NCBI GenBank assembly: GCA_029838215.1
Contig: JALGVI010000023.1
Span: 1-36,645 of the forward strand
DNA: 36,645 nucleotides
Source of the DNA: Candidatus Helarchaeota archaeon
GTDB lineage: Archaea; Asgardarchaeota; Lokiarchaeia; Helarchaeales; RDOG01
Direction: 5' to 3'
Positions 9,268-17,107 of the stretch are shown here, piece after piece (positions within the stretch are counted from its first letter, which is position 1; each line of letters begins with the position of its first letter). Both the position numbers and the translations under genes were made by a program. Under the pieces are notes generated by a model that saw only the letters and a program-made list of their open reading frames with translations, searched no databases and was not told the DNA's origin.

Positions 9268-10131
9268 TCAAGTGATGACTATTACATCTTCATTCTGTTG
9301 TTCTATTGTCGGCTCAATAAATTCCGTAAGTGATCTCTGATCATTTTTTAACCTCTTAACGGCATTATGCACGTATGTAGGATTTATTTCAAATCCAATG
9401 GAATTTCGCGATAATAATTTAGCAACATTTGCTGTCGTTCCTGATCCTAAAAATGGATCTAACACGATATCTCCTTCATCACTACAAGCAAGCATTATAC
9501 GTTCTATCATTTTTTCGGGAAATTGAGCAGGATGAAAATTTCTTTCCCTTGAATTACCTTTAACGATTGGAAAATACCATACATCTGTTGGATTTGCGCC
9601 TAATGGATTATTGCGCTTATCTCTTGTCTTGGGAGGAACTCGAATCCTATCTAAATAAAACTTGTATGATTTTGGGTTTTTCACGAACCAAAACCAGAAT
9701 TCATAACGAGGATGGAACTTGTTGTTTTGAGTATCGCTATTTATGTCATAATTCCAAACGATGAGGTTTTTCAGAAAAAATTTTTTTCTAGTAAATTGTA
9801 AGATCCAAGTGGGTGGTTCAAGACTCCCTTGAGTGGCAGAAACCGTCTTGCCTTGTTCATTTATATAACGACTTTTCATGTTTATCCAACAAGAGCCATC
9901 TTTTTTTAAAACACGACAGAATTGGGTAATTACATCCCCTAATTTGGTTCGATATTCATTCTCAGGTAAATTGTCAAAATAATTCTCCGTATAATCGTTT
10001 CGAGATTTTAATGCCAGGTTATATGGAGGTGATGTAATGATTAAATCGACCGTTTCGTTAGAAATGAACTTCTTCATTCCCAACAAGCAGTCCATTTGAT
10101 AAATTTTATGCTGAACTTTTATGAAAAACAA
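9268..10131 (-). CDS. Orphan beta-class amino-DNA methyltransferase (m4C or m6A)
   Basis: Motif IV DLIITSPPY near the N-terminus, HPAQFPEKMIER, and motif I DIVLDPFLGSGTT near the C-terminus (beta order). Confidence 0.92.
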   Translation of the reverse strand: MFFIKVQHKIYQMDCLLGMKKFISNETVDLIITSPPYNLALKSRNDYTENYFDNLPENEYRTKLGDVITQFCRVLKKDGSCWINMKSRYINEQGKTVSATQGSLEPPTWILQFTRKKFFLKNLIVWNYDINSDTQNNKFHPRYEFWFWFVKNPKSYKFYLDRIRVPPKTRDKRNNPLGANPTDVWYFPIVKGNSRERNFHPAQFPEKMIERIMLACSDEGDIVLDPFLGSGTTANVAKLLSRNSIGFEINPTYVHNAVKRLKNDQRSLTEFIEPTIEQQNEDVIVIT

Positions 10132-10154
10132 CTCCTGGTTATTTCAAACTCGTT

Positions 10155-10850
10155 TCATCTTTTGGAAATATAATTCATTATTACTTCAAGATTTTCATAA
10201 TCTTTGATCACGAGATCAGCAATGGCTTTTTTTAATTCCGCTTGAGAATATAAACCTGTAGCTACTGCCAAAACCGAAATTCCTGCCTCTCGTGCAGCTT
10301 TTATATCAAGAGGTGTATCTCCAATAAGCAAAACATCTTCTCGAGTAAAATGAATCCCTGAAGCCTGACTTGCTCGCTGGATGGCAATATCAACAATTTT
10401 TCCTCTTGATTCATCATCACTTCCAAATCCTCCTGTTAAAAAAAAGGCATCAATACCTGTACTTTTCAGTTTATTCCATGCTATTTCTTCTATATTTCCA
10501 GTTGCTAATCCTAGAATGATATCAAGCTTTTTTAATCGGTTTAACAATTCTCGAACACCTGGAATGAGGTGAATAGAACGCTGCAATGAAAACATCGAAA
10601 AATATGAAATCAATGTATCTCGTATGTGTTTTTTCCGTGCATCAAAATGATCCAAAGAGAAACCGTTATTTTTTAACTCCTTTCGGACGATTAAAAAATC
10701 TGTTAAGCCATGATGATTCGTTTCGCGAAGATCTATATTAATTTCGAATAACTCTTTGAACATTTCATTAAAAGCAAGAAGATGTGCTTCATTATTAAAG
10801 ATGAGCGTGCCGTCAATATCGAATAAAACCAGCTTGAACATTTTTTTCAC
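10155..10850 (-). CDS. HAD-superfamily hydrolase (phosphoglycolate-phosphatase-like)
   Basis: Motif I LFDIDGTL, motif II LATGN, motif III K (NKLK) and motif IV IGDTPLD. The true start may be ATG 10841. Confidence 0.9.
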   Translation of the reverse strand: MKKMFKLVLFDIDGTLIFNNEAHLLAFNEMFKELFEINIDLRETNHHGLTDFLIVRKELKNNGFSLDHFDARKKHIRDTLISYFSMFSLQRSIHLIPGVRELLNRLKKLDIILGLATGNIEEIAWNKLKSTGIDAFFLTGGFGSDDESRGKIVDIAIQRASQASGIHFTREDVLLIGDTPLDIKAAREAGISVLAVATGLYSQAELKKAIADLVIKDYENLEVIMNYISKR

Positions 10851-10939
10851 GGCGAATTCTGATATTGAAAAATATTCAACTATAATGATTTCTTTCAGTA
10901 AGATTTTTAGAATCTTCTACGATTAAAAAGATGTAATGC

Positions 10940-11031
10940 ATTTCAATAAACAATTAGATTGAAATAGAATATGAGAACGAACATTGAAGAAAATATGCTT
11001 GACGATCCAAAAAAGAATTTTTGGTTGTCAA
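10940..11031. promoter_or_regulatory. Two inverted repeats in the divergent HAD / synthase intergenic region
   Basis: ATTTCAAT-N10-ATTGAAAT (10940-10965) and TTGACGA-T-CCAAAAA-AGAA-TTTTTGG-TTGTCAA (10999-11031). Both lie upstream of a TATA-like TTTAAATA (11057-11064). Confidence 0.35.
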
Positions 11032-11081
11032 TATCATACCATTTTCTAATGGTCGTTTTAAATATTATATAAGGAGTAATT

Positions 11082-12287
11082 TTGTTAATGAAAAAGATAC
11101 AAGACGCAAAAATCGATGATAGTACTCTGCGAGATGGTCTTCAAATGCCTGGAATTCGGGCTCCATCTCCAGAAGATCGATTCATCATAGCAGAAATTCT
11201 GAACGACATCGGGATAGACCGAATGGAACTTTTCGGAACGTGGTATGATGTCGATCGAAAAACGGCTCAACTTCTCTTAGATGCTGGTTTTAAGAGCAGA
11301 GTGGCTATCTGGGTACGGGCAAATACAGCAGACATCGATGAAGCACTAAAACTAAATGGAATAAAAGAAGTTGGCATTTCGCATCCCATATCAAAAATTC
11401 ATCTCGATTATAAACTGAGAATAAGTGAAGAAGAAGCATTTAATCGAATCTCAGGAGCTGTTAAGTACGCAACAGATCACGGTCTAAGAAGCTTCTATCA
11501 TGCAGAAGACTGTACAAGAGCAGATTGGACGTTCGAGAAAAAAATCATCCAAGCAGTAATTGAAGCGGGAGCAGAATGTTATAGGATCTGTGATACAGTT
11601 GGAGCATCTTTGAGTGCTCATACCTCTGATTTGATTCCTTTAGAACGGAGTGTTCCTGACAGGATAAAAGCCATAAATAAATTATTTGGAGATAAGATTG
11701 AATTGGAGTTTCATGGGCATGATGATCTCGGAAATGCCGTCACTAACACGTTGACTGCCCTCAATAACGGTGCAACATGGGCTTCAACTACAATGCTCGG
11801 TATTGGTGAACGTTCAGGTAATGCTGAAACTGAAAAGGTAATAATGAACCTCTACTATCATTATAACGTCAACCGATACAAAATAGAAAGGCTCACGGAA
11901 TGTTGTCAAAAAATAAGCAGGTTTTGCGATATCAAGATTCCAAATAATAAAGCAATAGTAGGTCCAAATGTATTCACCCACCAGTCAGGCATTCATAGTG
12001 ATGGCGTAATCAAACATCCAGAAACATATGAGCTTTATCCCCCTGAAAAAGTCGGAAACATCCGAAGGCTCTTCATTGGTTCATATTCGGGTAAAAACGT
12101 GATACTTCATAAATTAAAAGAACTCATCAAAGAAGAAGGAAAAAGCAAGAGTTTTGACGAGAATGACGGACGTGTAAAAGGACTCATCGATTACATCCAG
12201 AATAACTTATTTGGCAGCGGAGCAAGACATTCACCACTAACAGAAGGTGAATTTAAAATGATCGTTCGAATGTTCGCTCTTATATGA
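11082..12287 (+). CDS. DRE-TIM acetyl-CoA condensing enzyme, Re-citrate-synthase-like
   Basis: DSTLRDGLQ, WVRAN, HAEDCTRAD, RICDTVG followed by an insert ending PLERSVP, metal site EFHGHDD, LGIGERSGN and GIHSDG. No LeuA regulatory domain. The start may be ATG 11088. Confidence 0.65.
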   Translation: MLMKKIQDAKIDDSTLRDGLQMPGIRAPSPEDRFIIAEILNDIGIDRMELFGTWYDVDRKTAQLLLDAGFKSRVAIWVRANTADIDEALKLNGIKEVGISHPISKIHLDYKLRISEEEAFNRISGAVKYATDHGLRSFYHAEDCTRADWTFEKKIIQAVIEAGAECYRICDTVGASLSAHTSDLIPLERSVPDRIKAINKLFGDKIELEFHGHDDLGNAVTNTLTALNNGATWASTTMLGIGERSGNAETEKVIMNLYYHYNVNRYKIERLTECCQKISRFCDIKIPNNKAIVGPNVFTHQSGIHSDGVIKHPETYELYPPEKVGNIRRLFIGSYSGKNVILHKLKELIKEEGKSKSFDENDGRVKGLIDYIQNNLFGSGARHSPLTEGEFKMIVRMFALI

Positions 12288-12307
12288 AATCCTAAGAAGG
12301 AATTTCG

Positions 12308-14272
12308 ATGCAAACATTCATTTTCGATGCCAATTTTTTTATTAACTTGTACAAATCCGGTTATTTGGTTTCTGTAGAACGTCTATATGAAGCGTTTCTC
12401 GAACTGGGTTTGGATTCTGGTCGATCATATACGACAAACGTTGTTTTTCGTGAATTAAAATCATTGTCTCAAAAAGCCTTATCAATTATTAAAAAAATCC
12501 TAAACATAATTCAAATCTTACCTGCCGATATCCGAAAACTCACGAAAGATAAGGACCCTCGTAAGAATCCACAAGACCCTGATCTTTCGCTTGTTGCCCT
12601 CGGGCAAAAACTCATTCAACAGGACAACACGCGAATCGTGACCATAGTGACCAATGATTTTAAACTAAACAATTTCATCCGAAGTAATGCTCCTCAAATC
12701 CGCACTCTCCCACCAAGTAGCTTCATTCTCTACTTGATTAATAACCTGAGAAATAAAAACCTCTTGAGATATTTTAAGAAAATCCGACAACAGATTATGT
12801 GGGAATATGAAGTCCAATACGTTATGGAACGTCGCGACACCTATAACCCACGAGAAAAACTTCGATGGTTGGTTGAGAAAGCACTAACTATGGCAAAGCC
12901 GTCTACTACATCTTCGTTACCCGATGATGAAGAGAGAGAAGCCGAAGATTCGCTCAATCGTGAAAAATATTTAATAAATCGATATCTAAAAGGTGAGAGA
13001 CTTTCAAAAAATCAGAATGAAGCGATTAAGGATTTTATTCCTTTCCTGAATTCCTTGAAGAAAGCAAATAAACGATTAAAAAAAGTAATCTCATATTTGG
13101 AATCCGATCAATTCCAAGAAATCATTAAACAATTTCAACAAATAAACAAAGACTTACTAATCACTTTACAGATTTCTCAGGTTCATTTACCCCCCTCTAA
13201 AACATCTTTATTATTCGAATTGATTTCAACCTATCTTGCCAGATTTGAATTCTTTGTTGCCATCTCACTTGTCGAGATTGATATGGAAGCTGCGTTAGAG
13301 CATTTCGATAAAGTACTTTTATATAGTCTAATGTCGAATCAAAACCAAAATCTCCTGATCATTAATTATTTTAAAGCACTGACAATCTTCTTTAACTCTG
13401 GAGGCGAAGAAGATTACAAAAAAGCTGGTGATCAATTCAATCTCACTCAGCGACTTGCAAAAAGTCAAAAAAATTTACGTTATCTAATGTTAGCTAGATT
13501 TGGTGAAGCCATTTCACGATTTCTTTCTGGTGAAGGACAGCTTGCTTTGGATATAATGACTGATGTTAACAAGCTGGTTGAAAAACATCTTGATATCAGT
13601 CTTGATTTATGGAATGAATTTGGAGACAATTTTTATATGATTGGTCGGGCAGGAATTGCAGCTAGTTTGTATCGAGAAGCACTCGAAATTGCCGTCCAAC
13701 TTAATCGATCAAAGGTTGTCGATAAACTTCTCGAAAAACTTAAAAAGTGTTTGTTAGCAGCTGGTTCCTATATTTCTCCAATTGTCGTAAAACTCGAAAA
13801 ATTCATAGATCTAGCACATGATCAAGACTCAGATTCAAGCTCCTATAATGAAGCTATTGCAAAAATGGCAGAATTAAATAAACAATTATACGAAGAGTTC
13901 CCTCACTTCACTAATGGAAAATGGTTCCTTGGAAAAGATCTTAGTATTTCTCTCAAAGAACCGTTAGACGTGGTTGATCATGCAATAACTTGTTCAACTA
14001 AAGGGAAGAAAAAGAAAACTGAAACTACTTTCTATTGTTATTCGAGCGAATATGGTGGGATTGCCGTGCGAGTTCCTGAAGAAATTCAAGTTCGCGTTCC
14101 AGAATCTTATCAACTGAAACTAAATCCTGAAAAGAAGCTAAAGATCGATCCCCCGACTCAAGATGAAAAGGAAACGTACTTCATAAGAGCCATAATAAAT
14201 GTCCAAAAAAAGAGTGATTTATCACTCAACAAGCAAGTTCCAGTTGTTTACGAAAAGTTTTTTGAAATTTGA
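12308..14272 (+). CDS. PIN-domain protein with TPR-like helical repeats and a beta-rich C-terminal domain
   Basis: PIN pattern FIFDANF (D7), VFREL (E49), QDPDLSL (D90/D92) and VTNDFKL (D117). Residues about 300-530 look TPR-like (AALEHFDKVL, KKAGDQFNL, AASLYREALEIA). Confidence 0.72.
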   Translation: MQTFIFDANFFINLYKSGYLVSVERLYEAFLELGLDSGRSYTTNVVFRELKSLSQKALSIIKKILNIIQILPADIRKLTKDKDPRKNPQDPDLSLVALGQKLIQQDNTRIVTIVTNDFKLNNFIRSNAPQIRTLPPSSFILYLINNLRNKNLLRYFKKIRQQIMWEYEVQYVMERRDTYNPREKLRWLVEKALTMAKPSTTSSLPDDEEREAEDSLNREKYLINRYLKGERLSKNQNEAIKDFIPFLNSLKKANKRLKKVISYLESDQFQEIIKQFQQINKDLLITLQISQVHLPPSKTSLLFELISTYLARFEFFVAISLVEIDMEAALEHFDKVLLYSLMSNQNQNLLIINYFKALTIFFNSGGEEDYKKAGDQFNLTQRLAKSQKNLRYLMLARFGEAISRFLSGEGQLALDIMTDVNKLVEKHLDISLDLWNEFGDNFYMIGRAGIAASLYREALEIAVQLNRSKVVDKLLEKLKKCLLAAGSYISPIVVKLEKFIDLAHDQDSDSSSYNEAIAKMAELNKQLYEEFPHFTNGKWFLGKDLSISLKEPLDVVDHAITCSTKGKKKKTETTFYCYSSEYGGIAVRVPEEIQVRVPESYQLKLNPEKKLKIDPPTQDEKETYFIRAIINVQKKSDLSLNKQVPVVYEKFFEI

Positions 14273-14301
14273 TCGAAGTAATTTTGAATTAAATCTTCAT
14301 T

Positions 14302-15255
14302 TTACTTTAACAATGCGCATTGTGCCAATAGACTTGAAAGTTGAATATCTTCGTTCGCACCTTCAATAAGTCTGAAATTAATCTCCCCAATTTTATCGGA
14401 AAGTATAATCTTTTTCATCTCGTCAATGTTTAGATTATATATTTCTCTGTGGATTTGTTTAACAATATCAATTCCAGATAATCCGTATGTTGTCAATAAG
14501 TTTTTAAGCTCTTGTCGCGCTTTTAAGAACTCTCCATTGATTGCCATTTCAATCATTTTTCTTACTTGTTCAGGTTGGGCTTTCCCCGTAATCTTGTATA
14601 TGGCTTCTGCACTTATTTCTTCAGCGATACTCGTTGCTGCTTGTAAAGTGTTGACTGCTTTTCTCAAATCTCCTTCTGAAACATATAATAACGCGTCAAT
14701 GCCGTCTTTTAAGATTTTAACGTTTTCTCTTGTTGCGATGTATTTAATCCTTTTAATCACGTCTTGGTCAGTTAATGGAGAGAATCGAAACACTGCACAA
14801 CGGGATTGAATGGGTTCAATGATTTTCGAACTATAATTACAAATCAAAATAAACCTGCAGTTCTTAGTGAATTTTTCCATTGTCCTTCTCAGAGCCTGCT
14901 GAGCCGCAGAGGTCATATTGTCCGATTCATCCAAGATTAATATCTTAAATGGAACGCCTGATATGGTTTTTTGGTGAGCAAAATTCTTTATTGTAGTTCT
15001 AATGACATCAATTCCGCGTTCATCGGATGCATTCAATTCTTTAATGACATCTGCTGAAAAATTTCTCTTAAATAAATCTCGAGCTAAAGCATACGCTGAA
15101 GTCGTTTTTCCAATTCCAGCAGGTCCTGCGAAGATTAAATGGGGAAGTGATTCCTTCTCAACAAAATTCTTTAATCTCGAAACGATTTCTTTTTGATTTA
15201 CAACCTCATCTAATGTTCTAGGACGATACTTCTCAACCCATACTTCGTGTGACAA
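14302..15255 (-). CDS. rfcS: Replication factor C small subunit
   Basis: WVEKYRP, Walker A GPAGIGKT, ELNASDERGID, Walker B ILDESD and SRC motif. No intein. Confidence 0.97.
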   Translation of the reverse strand: MSHEVWVEKYRPRTLDEVVNQKEIVSRLKNFVEKESLPHLIFAGPAGIGKTTSAYALARDLFKRNFSADVIKELNASDERGIDVIRTTIKNFAHQKTISGVPFKILILDESDNMTSAAQQALRRTMEKFTKNCRFILICNYSSKIIEPIQSRCAVFRFSPLTDQDVIKRIKYIATRENVKILKDGIDALLYVSEGDLRKAVNTLQAATSIAEEISAEAIYKITGKAQPEQVRKMIEMAINGEFLKARQELKNLLTTYGLSGIDIVKQIHREIYNLNIDEMKKIILSDKIGEINFRLIEGANEDIQLSSLLAQCALLK

Positions 15256-15421
15256 TCTTGAAACACCGAATTCTTTTTTTTAAACAAGCTTGGAAATTTA
15301 TCTTTATAAGTTGGTTCGTTAATCTTCAGCACGGATTTTAATATCATTATTATTCATAAATTAAAAATGGTTAAAAATCATGTAAGTTTGCCATTCGAAT
15401 CATTCAGGAGACATCAAATTC

Positions 15422-15973
15422 ATGGATAAGGATGAATTAATTAAACAAATCATCTCGGAAGTACAGGAAATAAGCCCCCATAACTACGGATTAATGACCT
15501 CAGAAGGCAAAACTATCGTATCTACATTTAATAAAAAAGCTAATAAGATCATATCTAAATTCGTCTATCAAAATTCAAACATGCCCGTAGTTGCCTACAT
15601 ACAGGAACCTCTTGCTGATTCGAAATACATTCTTTATATCTTCAAGATTTCGCTTGAGATTTTTCTTGCATGCGTTTCGAGCAAGGACTTACAAGAAATC
15701 ACGAGAAAATTCAGGTTATTAGCAAATAAATTTGGATATCAACTTTTTAAAACTTTTAAAACGAGAAAACATATCAGACTCCCTAAAACTCAACTTGTAC
15801 GAGAATTTCACGACAAAGAACCTTTGAAAGCTGTGGAAAAACTTTATCTCTATCAAGAATTAGCACTTTCTCGTGCCGAATTGAAAGAAGCAATGTTAAA
15901 CCACGTGAAAAGTCTCAAGCATCCATGGCCCGTGAAAAAAAAGAGCTCTAGAAAAATGAGGCGTTCTCATTAA
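15422..15973 (+). CDS. Roadblock/LC7-like domain protein with C-terminal helical and basic tail
   Basis: Inferred topology: helix, YGLMTSEGKTIVS hairpin, helix, three strands (VAYIQE, YILYIFKI, IFLACVS), helix. The tail ends KKKSSRKMRRSH. Confidence 0.55.
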   Translation: MDKDELIKQIISEVQEISPHNYGLMTSEGKTIVSTFNKKANKIISKFVYQNSNMPVVAYIQEPLADSKYILYIFKISLEIFLACVSSKDLQEITRKFRLLANKFGYQLFKTFKTRKHIRLPKTQLVREFHDKEPLKAVEKLYLYQELALSRAELKEAMLNHVKSLKHPWPVKKKSSRKMRRSH

Positions 15974-15980
15974 TTTGCCA

Positions 15981-16871
15981 TCATTCTGCGCCTTCGACGG
16001 TTCGAGCCCATTCATCAATGGCGCTTGCTATGATTTCCATTAATTGATCCCGGAAAGTAGGATTGATTGCGACCATTGCACTTGTAGGAACTCCTAAAAG
16101 ACGCTCAACGAGTTTGGGTTTCATCGCCCGAGGCATGTCCTGTTTATTTGCCAAACAAAGGGTCAAGAGCACTCGTTCTTCTTGTTTTTGTCGAATTATA
16201 TCTAGATAAACCTTTTTTGTTTCCACCACGTTCTCAACGGTTGAGTCCGTCACGAGTAGTACAATGTTAGTTCCTCTTAAGAGAAATGTCCAAAGTGGTG
16301 TATATCTTTCTTGTCCTGCAAAATCCCATACAATGCATTCGTATCGGTCCGACAATCCCGTCAGCCTCTTGACATCTACGGCTATCGTTGGGTTGTAATC
16401 TAATGGAATGTCGGTCCCTCGCATCAGGTTTAAAATCGTTGTCTTTCCCACACCCCCGAATCCAACAAGAGCGATTTTTATGATTCCCATTAATATTTTT
16501 TCTAACGATACGACGTAGTCCTCAAACACGCTGGTATCTCTTCCATCCCAACTTAATGCTCTCAGTCCAAATTCTTCAATGAAAGAATCTCTTGCACGCT
16601 TTAAGCGTTCTCTGAGTCCTAAATCATCATCTCCTTCGTCGGCACAAAAAACGAATAAATAATCCTTATAACGCCCCAAACCTCCTGTATATACGAATTT
16701 TAGCCGACCCGTCACGACTGATTTTATCTCACCTTCTGCTAAACTTCCAGCAAAAGAGCTGACTGCACTAAGAAAGACAGACACAAGGCTGTCATCAACT
16801 TTGACAGTACCATATGTTTTGTGAAAAAGAATCGTTCCATCGCTTCTAATAACGTAAACATGATTGATCAT
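15981..16871 (-). CDS. Longin domain fused to Ras-superfamily (Arf/Rab-like) small GTPase
   Basis: N-terminal longin pattern (HVYVIRSDGTILFHKTY, DSLVSVFLSAVSSFA, IKSV, FVFCA, helices). G1 GFGGVGKTT, G2 YNPTI, G3 WDFAGQERY, G4 NKQD. SD AGGAGAGTGA. Confidence 0.88.
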   Translation of the reverse strand: MINHVYVIRSDGTILFHKTYGTVKVDDSLVSVFLSAVSSFAGSLAEGEIKSVVTGRLKFVYTGGLGRYKDYLFVFCADEGDDDLGLRERLKRARDSFIEEFGLRALSWDGRDTSVFEDYVVSLEKILMGIIKIALVGFGGVGKTTILNLMRGTDIPLDYNPTIAVDVKRLTGLSDRYECIVWDFAGQERYTPLWTFLLRGTNIVLLVTDSTVENVVETKKVYLDIIRQKQEERVLLTLCLANKQDMPRAMKPKLVERLLGVPTSAMVAINPTFRDQLMEIIASAIDEWARTVEGAE

Positions 16872-17107
16872 GTCTTCACTCTCCTATTGGACCTGAAACA
16901 AATTTCCATCGAACGTGGTTGATTACATGGAAAGTTAGTAAATATTTTCATTTTCTCTATTTTAAATCTATTTCCTTTCTTGCTTAACTCAATTTAAGAA
17001 TTTTGAAAGAACAACGACAACGTTTAAGTTGAAATTTTTTTAATTACTCTCAATTTTCTGTGGAAATTATTTATTTCTTTCCATTAAAAAAAAGGAATTA
17101 ACAGACA

